The position numbers were made by a program, and so were the translations under genes. From NCBI GenBank assembly GCA_030141605.1, contig JAQGDQ010000314.1:186001-250000 (forward strand): 64,000 bases of DNA, written 5' to 3'. Below, in pieces: positions 44,436 through 59,703 of this stretch (the first letter of the stretch is position 1; each line of letters opens with the position of its first letter). Source of the stretch: Tubiluchus corallicola. Its lineage: Eukaryota > Animalia > Priapulida. The notes under the pieces were generated by a model. The model was given only the letters and a program-made list of their open reading frames with translations. It did not search any database and had not been told where the DNA came from.

Positions 44436-47400
44436 CGAGAAATAATAAAATACCGAAAATCCTCGAAAGAGGTCTGGGCAGAATGGTACTTCCGTTCTGG
44501 TCAGGATCGGACGTTCTTATGGTAGGACTGGTTGTCTGTGTTGTACTGACAACAGGGCCGTTATCGTAAGTTTGATTAGTTTTAGATAAAATTCTAACAA
44601 GAATTTTGTTTTATCATTCTCTCTCACGTAGGTCTGAACATGCACAAATATTTCTGAAGCATACATTTTGTTATCACCGTTATCGGTTTATTAAAATAAT
44701 GAAAAGTTTAAATGTTTTTCAAAACGTATTAAAGTAATAATAATATGCTTGAAAGGCTATACGAATTTGTCAAATTAACAAAATATTAACACAAAGACAA
44801 TATTTCGTGTGTGAATATATCAATATCTATAGAATTGAACTATCGACATAATAGCAATTACCTACATAAAAATGGCGTTAACAAATGATAGAAAAACAAA
44901 ACAATAATGTTTTTAAAATTAGACATTACTCTTTTCCAAAATGGCACACTTTGTCTTCGATGCATCAACCTCTCAGCCTTGGTAGGTTTTTTAAAATTCC
45001 CCGGACTGGGCAACATTATATTTTTATGTGGTCTGGTTTTTGTCTGGACACAGGAAAAAAACGAAAAGACTCGCGAATAAAAAGGGAAGCAAACTAGACA
45101 AGAAGCGATAAAATTAGGAGTGTTCAAGTTCAACTTCAAATGATATTGTTGAAAGGGATAAAAGCTGCAACATTTTGTAGTCAAATCAAACAAATAAATT
45201 TTTGTTATGATATTATAGAACTCACAAATGAATGATGATACCGGCCTCCTATAAAACTATATAGGTGTAGCACATAACAAAGCAGTAATCATTACTTGGG
45301 AAACGTTGTACCTGAAGGCACTGGACATCATTGTACATAAGTGACCAGTAACTGGACTTAAGTGGTCACTGGGGACACTAAGCGCGCCTTAGTCTTTTCC
45401 CATATTCTCGAGTTTTATTTAGAAGCTTATGTAGTTATGTACGCCATGTATAAGCTACCTTTGCTCACTTGAGTTTTGCTAGCACTTAATTAACAAAACT
45501 TTCGGCGCTGACATTTACAAAACATTTGGAGTTTGTAATTGTAAAACTTAGAAAGTCTAACATACAACTTTTCGAGACTGTTATATGTTTTTTCAAAACT
45601 TTTTAAATTTGTTTTTAATTTAAATTTCTTCAACACTTGCTGAGTTTTAATTTAGAAGTTTTTATTGTTAAAGTAGGGATGTGCTGATATCTATGATTTA
45701 TTTATATCAGCGCAGTAAACGTTCATCCCTCTAACAATACGCACGTGTAGTTTATTCAATATTAGCTAAAAATTTTAAAAATTATTGTCGAATAAAAATA
45801 AAAACAGAATCACATAGATTAAAATTACTATAGTCAAAGTCACATGTCGTATTGATACAAACTTTTTGCATAGTTTCAAGAAAAATTGACACTTGTATAA
45901 TTACGCGTAAGAGGCCTGCTATTTATCTGTATCTCAACTGTCTTATTAATGGAAAAAGGCCCATTTCTCTGAACTAGCTTTAATTACACTTTAACAATAA
46001 TAACATCAGCTATTTATAATATTAGACAATCTTATCGGTCATTCAACCTGTATATTTATCTAGTTGAATTTCTTTATTAAATTTATGCATTATTTGCTTC
46101 ATTCGATCCATCTAATGATTCATTCATTCATTTCATTCATTCACTGCCAGTTTGTGGAAAAAGAGCAAATTCTTGTTGAGCTATAAGCAGCGCGCAGCTG
46201 TAAAATGTGTTAAACTTACAAAACCTAAATTGTATTTGTACACATAGGCTTTTTAATTGTTGCGACTTGCATTATGCATTTCTGCATAAATCATGCATCT
46301 GTAGCTGGTATAATGCATGCCTAGGCCACCCGTATATCCAACCAGCAAAACCCTGCAAATCTCTACTAGCACAAGCGCTAGAAAAACACCTGATTTTTAG
46401 AAAAATATTTAACTTTAGTCTGTATATAGTTGTATTATAAGGTCAACCGGCGTGCGAGTGGTGGACAATAAGACCAGCATTCTAGCGCAAGACTTTCTGT
46501 CTTTTTAAGGACCTTATTTAAACATCAGGCGTGCTGTACGTGTATCATTTGTCACTATTTACATTTTACATTTAAAAGCTATAGAATTTAACTAGCGAAC
46601 AGAGCAAATACCTTTCTACAAACATTTACAATGCTGTATAGGACGAAGCATGGACGAAACTCGATTTTTGACTTTCATCACGTTCATCTATTACCTCCTT
46701 TTGTATCACCCGTTTTTTTGTCTTTTAATTCAAAGAAATCTTGCGAGAGGCGCAGCAGTCGCGATGTGGTGTTTAGAAACTAATTAGCTCTACTGAATGC
46801 TTATTTTTTGCCACATTAGCCACATTTTAAAATTTTAATTATTTAATTAAAAGTTACCTCACTGCCAAAAAAGCTTCCATAAACATAAACGAAAATATAA
46901 ACAAAAACTGACTGCAAGGTTGTGCATAGTAACTGGAGCTTTTTTTTACTCATACTGGTTTTGTATAAAAAATAAACAATATTAGAGCATCCAAGTATTC
47001 GCGGACAGCAATTTAATAAATAATTTCAATGTTGTTACATCTAATTCATTACACTTAACCCTAACAATATTTGTTTAATGGCGGCTTCTAAAATATTGCT
47101 TATATCTGAGAAAAGTATTTCCGTTTCCTGCTGAGCAGCAAAATATTTAAAAATTGACCGTCTTGTTTCCATTTTCCTATTATGTCTCTATGCAGAGCAC
47201 GAAAAATAATAATTTCGACGAATTAATGATAATAACTGTGAGGATTCTATAAAATGGCAACTTACGTATCCCAAAATTGCAAGACGTTAGGGGCTAAGAC
47301 TTGTTATTGGCTTATATAGAATAAGTCACCTTTTCAAGTCTTTACCACATGTTATGTATGTTCTGGGAAAACAGAACGTTTTGCAATTTACAATAGGAAA

Positions 47401-48227
47401 AATTTATACAATAAAATTCTAAAAAGATTAATATTTCAGCAATCCAGTATTGAACCCTGTACCTCTTGGCTGCCGTCATTACAATATTTTCTCTTACTGA
47501 AACTAATAGATTGAACTGACGGAAAAAGGAACGGAAGGAAAGTTGATATAACGAAAATTTATTTAATTAAAATTAATAAAATAATTATTGCAGTCATCAA
47601 AATAGTTATATTTTATCTAACAATATAGTAGTTGTAATTTTTTAGTTAAAATAATTTCAAAATTAATAACAATAATTAGGAATTTAAACGTTTTTGTAAT
47701 TAATAATAGTAATAGTAGTATTAATATTAATAATAATCGCACAAATTGTCGAAGCTGCATGCAAAATTAAACAGAATTTAAGGTTTGTGTGGTTTAAGCT
47801 TCCTAGTTCGCATGACGAAAATAAATTACTCATTTTCACCACCACCCACCATTAGTTCAACAGCTGATTGTGTAAATTGACGCATACTACCTAGCTTACT
47901 CATATAGATCTTAAGTGCTTATATGCACGTACACGTATGAGCTTATTTTAGATAGCGCTCTGTTACCTTTACTATTTGTCATAATTTGTGTAATTTTAGT
48001 ACGTTTTGTTTATACTAGAAAACGCGCGTAACAAAGCGGTGATACACCGTAGTTAAATGTCTGCAAATTCGGACTCCTACAAGTTGCGGATGTCAACCCA
48101 CAGGCAGGCACTTGCTTTGAGAGGGTTGTTTAATTTTGTAATAAGTCTATTTGTATATGAAGACAACAAAATAGTCATGATCGAACAGGAAATCAAAAGA
48201 ATCCGTCGCAGTTGTATTTGTGTATGT

Positions 48228-48440
48228 CATGTTACGTTGTATTATGTTATGTTATGTTGTGTTGTGTTGTGTTGTGTTGTGTTGTGTTGTGCTGTGCTAT
48301 GTTATGTTATGTTAAGTTATGTTACGTTACGTTATGTTGTGTTAAGTTATGTTATGTTATGTTATGTTATGCTATGCTATGCTATGCTATGCTATGCTAT
48401 GCTATGCTATGTTACGTTACGTTACGTTATGTTATGTTAT
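48228..48440. repeat. Pentanucleotide microsatellite (TGTTA/TGTTG/TGCTA/CGTTA)n
   Basis: Directly visible. Confidence 0.95.
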
Positions 48441-49498
48441 TCACATGACCCAAGGCCACTCTTTGGAGGCTCTTGACCCAAGCTATGCTTAAAGAGTGTG
48501 AGTGATGGGCCTATTACATTAAGTGGCTTACAGTGACCATATATAACATCGCGCTATACTCCGTAAGATAAATGTAATTTGTAAAAAAAAAGGCCGCATT
48601 ACAATAATACTATAAATAATTTAACTATATTAGTTTACGCTTATCCAAGTGATTTCTAGTCTTCAAAATTGTAAATTTAGTACAAGAATAGTAGCAGCAA
48701 GCTTTGCAGGAAATTTAGGCAAATCAAGTAACTGGAATTCTCTTCTAAATTTAGGCAAATCACGCAGGTAATTGTAATCCCTTCTTGGTTGTGCAGTCTT
48801 TAATTTGATTAGTTTTTAACCTTAGCTGAAAAGTTTTATTTATTCGTCAATGACATAAGCTCTTGTAGCTTGTAATTGTGTATGTTCTTAAAATCGACGT
48901 AAAATAAATGCTTATCTTATCTTATCTTGTCTTATCTTATCTTATCTTATGATGAAGGCTATTTCTTTGAAAGTTTTTACCTTAAACAATAAAATATTAA
49001 ATAGCATATAGCTAATAAACTGGCTACATTACATTAGAAACAAGAAGATGTTAAAATTTTACACTGATTTTTTTTACTTACTGTATTACCACATCGGTAA
49101 ACACTAAACGCAATGTTTCGTGATTTTTGTGCTTTTAGTGATAATTTAACATTCCTGTTTTCTTTTGTGCTTCGTGGTTCATTTGTCGTTATAAATTAAA
49201 ACCTAGTAGTAATGCCAGTTGGTGCTTTTTGAATTTTTTTGTTTTCTTACATATATATATATATATACAGCGCGTTTAAATTGTTTTACATACTACACTC
49301 AGTGAGTCTTTCTGCTTTATTATGGTGAAATTTCTTCATCAATATAGCCCTGATGCCTTTGTATGGTGGCTTTGCAGTGTTCAGACTGTACTTAGACGTA
49401 CGTCTGTACTATAATAGTGCCTGGAGGATATACTTGGCATGTAAAGACGTAGGCTTATGTACAGGTTAATTATTATTCATAGTAGATACGCCCATTGT

Positions 49499-49641
<143 letters not shown>

Positions 49642-50699
49642 CGTGCCATATTAGTCAAAAAAGACATTTTCGCCATACGAAATAATAGTAACACATGCAA
49701 AAGTTTGTAGCTATAGTAATCGCAACGCCATGCTATTGTAATATTAGCACGCTGCATTAAATGAGTAATAAAAATCTAATATGGCACGATAGCTGTTTTG
49801 TGGGCGGAGCTTTTTTATGTAGATCGCCCAAACAAAATCAGTGTGGCTAGTAATAGTAACGAGTTACAGCAAAAAGATGGAAATGTGACTACAGAATATT
49901 CTTCTTGCTGTGTTTCCCTGATTGTAGTTATCATGGAAACAACTCTCTTGTAAAGAACTGCACAGAAATGGTATGGAAAAACAATGGTTTCGTTTTTTTC
50001 AACCTACAAGTAACTACTGACTGTTTAAAGTTTATAAACCTGTAGTCTAACACCAAAACTTCACTGAGTTGCACAGAAATAAATGTAAATACTTTTTTTT
50101 TAGCATTAAGTTTCATCATATCGCCAGTGAAAACACAAATTCTCGAACATAAAATGCAATAAATTAACTTTGCTTATTTATACAATAGTTCGAGGCATAA
50201 CAGACGAAGCGAAAATGTCAAACTTGCATAACTTAATTATCATGTAACATCGTAATATTCCCAATAAAATACACATTTACGTTATCAAATAATTAAGGCT
50301 GTTTATTTGCAAACTGCGTCAATGATTATCCCGAGAAAGCCTGTTCTTTAAAAACATTAGTGGGATAATTATTGCAAGACTACAGGAAAATTATACACCT
50401 TACCAATTTTCGGCATTTAAAAATAATTTTGTTAGATTTTTTTTAAATAAAAAGAGATATATCTAGAGTAATTATGCAAAAATTAAAAACTCAAAACTAA
50501 TAACAAATGTTTTAACCACAAACAAGGCTACAAACATACTATGATGAAAAACGTTTATACCTACATCATTTTTACTAAGCCAGTGAGTTCCCTAGGAACT
50601 TAATGAAGAACTTACGGAAAAGATTTTAAAAATTACATATAATTAAATTTAAGATACGCACACACTGTAGGCTCACAATGTAGACTAATGTTGGCAAAG

Positions 50700-50855
50700 C
50701 ATCAGAAACATCATCGCCGTCGCCGTCATTATCATTCATCACCCATCGTCGTAGTCATCATCATCATCACCACCATCGCCATCATCATCATCATCATCAC
50801 CATCATCCTCATCATTATCATCATCAACAACAACATCATCATCAACATCATCACC
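50700..50855. repeat. Degenerate (CAT)n microsatellite just upstream of a Wnt7 exon
   Basis: Directly visible. Confidence 0.9.
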
Positions 50856-50925
50856 AAAAGTCACCAAATTCCTTTGTCATGGACATGCCATTCTAAAAGG
50901 CTTTTTTCCTTTTTCCTTATTTCAG

Positions 50926-51149
50926 AGCTCTGTCTGTTGTAGCGCTGGGCGCCAACATCATCTGCAACCGCATCCCGGGTTTGGCGCCGCAGCAGCGGGC
51001 AATCTGCCAGTCCCGACCGGACGCCTTGGTGGCGATCAGTGAAGGAACAAGGATAGGGATACGTGAATGTCAATATCAGTTCAAGAGCATGAGGTGGAAC
51101 TGCAGTATTGAGCAGGCTGACACTGTCTTTGGGCACATTGTGGTTATGG
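50926..51149 (+). CDS. Wnt7: Wnt7 internal coding exon (not in the ORF track)
   Basis: TTATTTCAG|A...G|GTAAGT. Translates [60 protein letters not shown]...VFGHIVVMG, which is diagnostic of the Wnt7 subfamily. Confidence 0.95.
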
Positions 51150-51267
51150 GTAAGTAGTTTACCCTCTGAGTTACCTATTACATTTTATCTATGACCAATT
51201 GTTGGGTCTCCTTTAATGCCTTTTCTCTGAAATTTCAAATTACACTTTCTACCTTTTCTACTCTACC

Positions 51268-51310
51268 ATGCTGTTGATGCTACTTCTGCTGCTGTTGTTG
51301 TTGTTGTTGC

Positions 51311-51359
<49 letters not shown>

Positions 51360-51430
51360 GCTTGTTGCAGTTGCTATTGCTCTTGTTGTTTGTCGCTGCT
51401 ATTGCTGTTGTTGTACTTGCTGTTATTGTT
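51268..51430. repeat. (GTT/GCT)n microsatellite
   Basis: Directly visible; explains the poly-Leu ORF. Confidence 0.93.
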
Positions 51431-52491
51431 TCATCTTGTTATCATCATCATTATTTATAGTCATAACACAATTTGTAATATCAGTCATGCTTTATAATTT
51501 AAGGTTTAAAAACAACAAGAATCAGATAACGTTGGTAAAAATTCTATTAATTCCAACGTATTGGTAGTAACAGCAGAGTTGTCTTTGTAAACGATGGCAC
51601 TAGCCAATCGGCGTTTTTACAATGATCTAACTCTATCGTGCAGTCCACAGGATTAGCCTAAACATTCACCACACACAAAAATGCCTTAATGCAGACGTAA
51701 TGATAACTTTGGTACATTACTAAGCCCATTTCGACAAGCTAAGCGCTTGGACAAACACTAAATCGGCTCAAGTGGTCAAACACATTAAACGTGACCGGAC
51801 GCAAGCCACTAGAATGATTACTACCTCTTCTAGAGACCACACCTGTGGATAACGAAATGCTCTGATTTAGCTACATTCCTTATGCTGGCTTTTGAACTTA
51901 ATCTGAATGAGCAGCAAAGACACCTGAGTGACAGCCTGGAAAACACCGGCACATGTTTGAAGAATGGACGATTTTCATGATAGCTATTTATCGAAAATTA
52001 ATTAAAAATGCATTAAAAATATTTATTGTCCGGTGTCAGAAAAATAAGATTTTCTATTTTCTCTGTGTTCATGCTGCCACTACTGTTCTTAGTGGTTAAC
52101 ATTTTCTAATGTGGCACACTAAATTTTGTTTATCTATTTTGTCTGTCATTCGCTAAAATTTTAAAGTCAAATGCTTGCATGCGTCAGAGTTCGTTTTTTG
52201 TTTAAGATAAATTACCAAGCTCGCTGAAAATATAGATCAGAGGAGCCCAAATCGGGATTTTCCAACACAAAACAAAGACACCAAAATAAGAAGCTGAAAA
52301 GAGTTAAGCCTAACTTTTTCTCGCGGAAACAAACCGGTCAAAATTCTACAAAAGTAATCAAAAACGCAACTTTACCGATTTTTTTTATTCAGAAAGCGCG
52401 GCAACAAATTGAACTAATAAGGCCCTAATCAAAACTTTTAATAAGCTCGTTTCAATGGTAATTTAACATCTTGTAAATAGTTTGAAAACGG

Positions 52492-52724
52492 CCCAGGAAG
52501 CATGACAAAATTTCCACAATGTTGTCATAATATTGTTTTCGCAAATATTGGGACAATATTGAAATGTGAACTTGCCACAACATTGTACCAATATTTTTGA
52601 CAATATTTTTTCCACATTGTGACAATGTTGTGACAATACTGGTAACCGTATTGTCAAACAATATTAAAAATATTGGTACAATCTTGTGGTAAGTTCACAT
52701 TTGTAAAACTTGGACATGCCTGGG
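52492..52724. mobile_element. Small foldback MITE-like element
   Basis: Termini CCCAGGAAGCATGACAA and TTGGACATGCCTGGG. Internal 36 bp inverted repeat (AAATGTGAACTT[G/A]CCACAA[C/G]ATTGTACCAATATTTT at ~52562 and ~52667-52702) and repeated ACAATATTG-like units. Confidence 0.65.
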
Positions 52725-53475
52725 ACAGGCCTGTAGCTCTTTTTCTCTGAAATTCAATTACTTTCTCTGTAGGCGTGAAATCTCTAATAAATCCCGATCC
52801 ATATTCACACCAGAATACTCTGCAATCACTGAATCATTTAGGCTACTGCTCACTCCGTTGTCATTGTAAAAGCTGCGTATTATCGGGAGAATCAGTGTCC
52901 TCGAACAATAGGCCAGCTTTACCGCAGTCAATTCGGCTTTATTGTTTTCGACTTAGCCCGCTGTAATCTCTCTTTGATGAGTGCTAAATTTGTAAATGAT
53001 ACCCTCGGTTAGCAGCTGTCGTGTGCCCCTACTCCAAACTCTAGTGCCAAAAGTTTATTCAAAACCGCCAGGCAAATAAGCTTATTGTTTAATAATCTAG
53101 TTAAGCAGTTAAAATCCGTTGACTTACTTATTCATATGGTAATTGTTATTATGCCGAATCTACTTGGTAAACATTAGTGAAAGTGATGGACAGATCCTTT
53201 AGTCTGCTGCATATCAACGAATTTAAATAATTTACCAGTATAGTATATCATACGAGTTCATCGAAATTATTTAACTATTTCTTTTGTTATTACTAACAGG
53301 TAAAATTTTTTGCAAACATCGAATAATCTTACAAAGTTTTAAATTAAATAAATGTCATATCAGCTGAAGCTACTATAAATGTTACAGGATACAATGTTTA
53401 TGAAAAGCTTTTGCAACTTTCAGCTACTCCAGTTTAGAAAAGCATGTATTCGACATTACACAGCATTAGTATACG

Positions 53476-53665
<190 letters not shown>

Positions 53666-56478
53666 CTTTATTCACATATTGGCACATATATGCATTCACA
53701 AAAAATATTTATTTTTATTTCCATTCAGAGTGATTTAAGCCGGGAATTTCTATTTCGTGTAATATTGACCAACATAGATCACATAATATAGAGCAACATA
53801 ATCATGGGGAAAGAATCGATATATTATATAACATGCTTTACTATACAATTGTATATAGTCATACACCTATACAAACGTACATACGCAATACGAAACAATA
53901 CGTGCATATAACTTATACATACATTAAGTATATAGAAAGCATTAATAAAACGTTAATAACAAGGTAAAAATGAAAGCATTAAGTTGAACAAAATTTCACA
54001 TAAAAAGTAGCGAACATGCGTGCAATATTTAAAATGGAAAACAACTATTCACTATACAGTATCACCCGTATTTATTTCCCAGGTGATCTTATTGTGCCAG
54101 GTGTGTACGTACGTGCACCATAAAAAACAAGCCGACTACTAATGACAGGAGCATCTGATGAATAAAAAAGTTTCAACAGCTAGACAACAGGCAAACAAGG
54201 TCCACGTATTAATGTTGACCTAACTAATGTCCTGCCCGTGTTAATACATGTATATATATAATTATTTATATGTATAGTGTTCTGTCCACTCAGGTGGTCA
54301 ACTGGCCGCACAATGGACAGCTAGCGGTAGCATTGCTCTCTGCCACGTGCCCAAGTTTATTGTCAAACCCACAGCACCTTGACCTTTGCATAAGCAGAAT
54401 ACATAGAATAACTCAACAATGTTAATACCGCATGCAGCTGCTGAATTGTGGTCTCTGCCTGTGTTGGTCTTACATTAAACATAGAAAATGGGATAGAAAA
54501 TTTATTTAACTAGGTATTTGTCTAAGTATCACGGAGTCAGTTGAGTGATGCCATCACTGTAAGCCTGCATATGCTGTGATGTCTTGAGCAATGTTGTTGT
54601 AGTTTCACATTGCAAACGTGCTATACTAATGAATGGTATTATAAAAAAGTATTCTGTATAATCTGTATAACATTCTAAGTTTTTTAGCGAATATGGTTGC
54701 GTATTTTTCGACGTCCACCTGTCCCATAAACCAGAAAAAAATCAGAACCTTGAAAAGCTTGCAGTTTTAAATTATTGAAATATCATTTATTCTGACACAG
54801 CAGGGCTAATTGAGTGTCCTGTAGACCTGATTGTATGCAGAGATGGTAAGCTCAACAGGTTGGCTCACAGGTGAACTGTTTACCTGAGGAATCACGTCCA
54901 ATTAAGCTCAAGCACTTTTCATTTGCTTGAGCGTGTAGACACTGAAATTACAGGTATTTTTGTAACAAATATACATAATTGAGACTGCGATAAGCCAGGT
55001 ATATATGCTTAACACCAGGCGATGTGGCTCACAAGGCAAAAGTTAAGCTTTGAGCTTAGCCTGCCGACAGAAAGGCCGCTAGATAAATTGTTACATTTAG
55101 GCAAACATTGACGTGATAACCCGCATATTAGCGAGTACAGCTTTGAAAATATGTGCAAACCAGACTTGTGCAAACAGAAAACCATGGGAGAGGCATTAAA
55201 GAGCACGCATTAGCTTTACGTCAAAATGGATTAGGATAAATTAGTATTCAACTCAATAACGGAAATCATTTGCTCGAATTCGAAATTAAGTTAACATGTC
55301 TGTCAAAGAATACTGTTGCTACTTTTTGTTTAATGATATTTTATTCTACAGTACCATCAAAAGTGATCAAGATAAATATATCTTAAATGTGACAATTTTT
55401 TAATTGTATTTTTTATATTTAAATTAAGGTTCAAAGTGTAGTTACTACAATTGGTTATAATTTTCGAAGCGCCATGCTTAACATTAGGAAAAAAAGTTGC
55501 AATGACTTTAGCAGCAAACTGTTTTAATTGTGTTTGAACAAAGATTATCTCTTGTCTATGTTGTACATGTAATCTAATCTAATCTAATCTAATCTAACGT
55601 AACGTAATATAAGCCTATACCTTGCCAGCTCTATCTGACCTTAAATGAGTGGTTCAAGGTCAAAAGTCACAATAGCTGACAAACGACAAGGCTGGCCATA
55701 GTCCATAGCCCAGAGCTTGTTGTAACAAGGGAAACCTTAGTTTACCTTATCTGGAGCTTCAATCCCAAGAAGATATCACAAGCTAAAAAACTGAATTGAA
55801 TTTACTGTATTTACTGTAGGAACACAACTTACAAGAATTCAATTGCAATTAAACAGTTTGCGATCAACTAATTTAAAAGCATTATTACTAAAGCGAGTGG
55901 CATGCCTGAGGACAGCACTGAGAAGAAAATCTTTTCTTGGTACAGCATAGATTAGTGGCAAATTGAAAAAAATATGAAACAAAAATGCAGATACAATACA
56001 TAATATACTATAAAAAGAATATACAGCTGAAAGGAATTTCTAAAATCTCTTGTGTTTTAAACTTCTTTACTGTAAATTTTTGTTAATTGTTCCATTTCTG
56101 GCAATTAAAAATTATTTCCGTGTTTTTGAATAATGGGCATTATACATATACCCGGTCTCTTCGTCTATGGCAAAACAATTATGGCCGCTGCTCAAATTTA
56201 TGTTTCTGTTTTAGAAAATATTTTTGCAGCATAAATCGTGCAAATCTTATTTAATATGTACAAAGGATTTGATCTGGCGGATTATTATACGTGACAGGTA
56301 TGCTTGACCCGCGGGTGTCTACGCTCAAAAGGGGCGCCTTCGAGCTTGTATTCGTAAATGTAGTGCATTAATTCATGACAACCATAACGGCATGCAAAAT
56401 TCTCAATATCTGTAGAATGAGTGGAAAAAGGCTCGTAAGTTTGGGTTAACGCTGTTTGCGTATATATATATATATTAT

Positions 56479-56808
56479 AAATTATACAGCCATGATCAAT
56501 ACGAAGATTGTGTCTACCAATGTATGACAGCAAGGAATAAAATCCCCAAACAGATCACTGCCTGTCATCCATCCAGTAGTAGGCACATAGAACTAAAATA
56601 AAAATTACATGGTAAAAAAAAATAAAATACATACATATGTATATGCATATGTATGTATGTATTTTATTTTTTTATCATGTAATTTTTATTTTAGTTCTAT
56701 GTGCCTACTACTGGATGGATGACAGGCAGTGATCTGTTTGGGGATTTTATTCCTTGCTGTCATACATTGGTAGACACAATCTTCGTATTGATCATGGCTG
56801 TATAATTT
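56479..56808. repeat. Near-perfect long palindrome (~155 bp arms, very short AT-rich spacer) in a Wnt7 intron
   Basis: AAATTATACAGCCATGATCAATACG...CATACA is the reverse complement of TGTATG...CGTATTGATCATGGCTGTATAATTT, with about one mismatch and one homopolymer indel. Confidence 0.95.
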
Positions 56809-56859
56809 TACTGTTTACATTTACTCATAAAATGTACATATTTATTTTTGTGCCTAATT

Positions 56860-56868
56860 AATAATAAC

Positions 56869-56918
<50 letters not shown>

Positions 56919-56928
56919 TAATAATAGC

Positions 56929-56969
<41 letters not shown>

Positions 56970-56972
56970 TAA
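56860..56972. repeat. (AAT)n microsatellite
   Basis: Directly visible. Confidence 0.96.
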
Positions 56973-57294
56973 AGTAATAATGGTCTATTATGGTTTCTAT
57001 TGTAAAACATGTTCACTCAGAGGGACACGCTTTTCGTAACCATTAGGAGTACTACTCAGTTGCAGTATTTTAGTTCAGATTTGGTTTGCATAACTCTGCT
57101 TTAAAACCGCTTGAGCGTTCGCATTATAGCGCTTTATCTTGTACATTAGCCTAAATATTTTAGCAAAAATTAAACGATAGCAGTCTTATATTTCGGTTAC
57201 TTTAGAACAAGTTCGTATTGTACTTACTGTTTTAGAAAGAAACAACTGTCTTGTATCACTTAACTAATACCTGGTCGCCATTTTGATGTTTCAG

Positions 57295-57563
57295 GTAGTA
57301 AAGAAGCAGCATACACATATGCCATCAGCTCAGCGGGGGTAACCTACTCCGTGACCCAGGCCTGCAGTCAGGGTAACTTGACTAACTGCGGATGTGATAA
57401 GACTAAGGAGGGCGCCTACGCCATTGAGGGCTGGAAATGGGGCGGGTGCAGCGCCGACATTCGGCAAGGTGTCAAACTATCACGGAAGTTTCTTGACGCA
57501 CGGGAAATTCAGAAAGATGCCCGGTCATTAATGAATCTTCACAACAATCGAGCTGGTAGAAAG
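57295..57563 (+). CDS. Wnt7: Wnt7 next internal coding exon; the 3' exon(s) lie beyond the window
   Basis: TTTCAG|GT...AAG|GTAAGC, phase-compatible with the previous exon. Reads [40 protein letters not shown]...[38 protein letters not shown]. Confidence 0.96.
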
Positions 57564-59703
57564 GTAAGCTTATTAAGTTCATCTTGTCTTCAGACAAGGG
57601 AGCTTTTGACCTGACGTGACCTTCTAATGATGTCTTGCCTTTAAATGTACATAATTTATTAACCATCTTTTATTATGATTTGATTAGGTCCTGCATTTTG
57701 GATGTTGCTAGTAGGCCTATTTTGTATGTTGACAGGCCTATGACGTAATGCTAAAATAAACAAATTTATTACTGTTGTTATAACACCTGTAATCCCTCTC
57801 GCCCAGAGTTTCATCCACTGTCAATAACACTTTAGTTTTTAAGTGCTTTCTCTTTTAACGTGTAAAACAATAAAGCGGGCCTTTAATTAGTCGATGTTGC
57901 GAACATTTTGAAAAGATTAGACAGCTGTTAACTAGATTAATAATTAACAATGTAGGGCCAAATTTCTCTCACGTATATCAGAAACACTTTTCTTGGCCTT
58001 TCGTTATGCAAAACTTTCGAGAAATACTTCCAAATTTACTTGTAGTGGTTTACCTGTAATCACGCAAGAGCAATAAACAGTAGCTGGTGCGGAATTCAAC
58101 CAGAACAGCTAGAAGGCGTTACCCGTCTTAGCAATGTATTATAATTTAGGCTGTTTGGATAAAAAACATTCATGTATTTTTAATGAAATGAAATGATTAA
58201 AGGGCGGTGTGTTTAATGTTAAGAACGAAGATAAAGGACAAGTAGGAAGTCTTGGACACAAACATGAAATGAAAATGATTTATCATTCAGTCGACTAAAA
58301 ACGCGAAGCAGAAATAAAGGGCGGTGCTTTTTAACTTTTTTCTTTTTTAATTAGTCCGGCTTACACGCAGTAATAATGAAACTTTACGTAATTTTTATTG
58401 ATAACTCTGTCTGCATACGAATCAATAAGAAGGTAATGAATCATTTTTGTTAGGGAAGCAATAAAATCAGATGACACTGGGGCTCAGTACAACGCATGGC
58501 GCCTTTAATCCTGGTAAATTTCGTCTGCAAAGTAGCTATTGCTCTCGTTATTAGACATAAATAGAATCAGCAAATGTCTTACGAGAATAAATTAGTAAGG
58601 AAGGCCCTGGAAGGTAACCAAGTTGAACCGGAAATGAATTTCACTTAACCCGTGTGATTCGGCTTAGCTTAGGATGTAGGCCCATATTATTTGAATAATG
58701 GGCATAAATCTTACTTGCTTTAAGCTAGGTGCATGTAAGGTTTGAAGTCATTCAAATAAAGGTTATCAGTATCAAAGTACGAGTTGAACTCTAAGTTTCG
58801 AGTTAGATCGCTACAGCAAATGTTAGGTCTGCCCGCCAAAGAAATAGGCTTTCCAGAGGCTTCTTAAAAATAAGTTATCACAATAATCACCATCGCTTTT
58901 AGAAGACATTCAAGAGAGAATATGAGATTTGAGAATTTTTATAAAACTGCGGCCCGAGAAGACAGACAAATGGCAGACTGCTACACTATAATAAAATCTC
59001 AACTTTATTAGTACGGGTATGCAAATTCGTTGGACTCTAATAACTAAAGTGGCTATTCTGGAAGAAGCAAGTTTCGTTTAGTTCATAAAACCTACGCTTT
59101 GTTACCATTTCGTATAGTTGAATCGGAGCTTACGAAAAAAAGTTGCGGAACTGTTGCCCCCGAGAAGGACAGTTTCAAAGAAGCGGCGCACCGCCTAGAG
59201 CTTGATCTACCACAAACGGCCGCGAGCACTGTGCCGACATCCACTTCAAAAATACTTGAGCAACATTCCTTCTTTGAGCTTTGGCGAATAATCCATTTAA
59301 AATTCAGTGAGTTTAATTAAATTTTCTTTGAAAAGAAGCGATGGGCTGTTAACAGTCGGCCGCATCATTGAGACTACATTATTATGGGCATTTTGTTCGC
59401 ATTAGCAGACAAACGGCAAAGCGCGTGACGTCTGATCCAGACTGGTGTTGCTATTTAAGTGAGAAAATTAAGAAGTAAAGTCAGATATAGTAGTTGCAGA
59501 TGGTCCTGAAGTGTGGGAGAGTTAAATGCACCGCTGATATTGAAGTAGACCTCTTAAAGCCCTTTTGACAATGAATATGAATTTTTTTAGCTTTTTTCAC
59601 CTTTTTAGTTCTATTTGGCTGTAACAGAGCTGAAGCAAACATTGAGACTGTGCAAAAACTAATAAAACTTAATATAGACTTAATATGACAGTTAGAAACG
59701 ACG

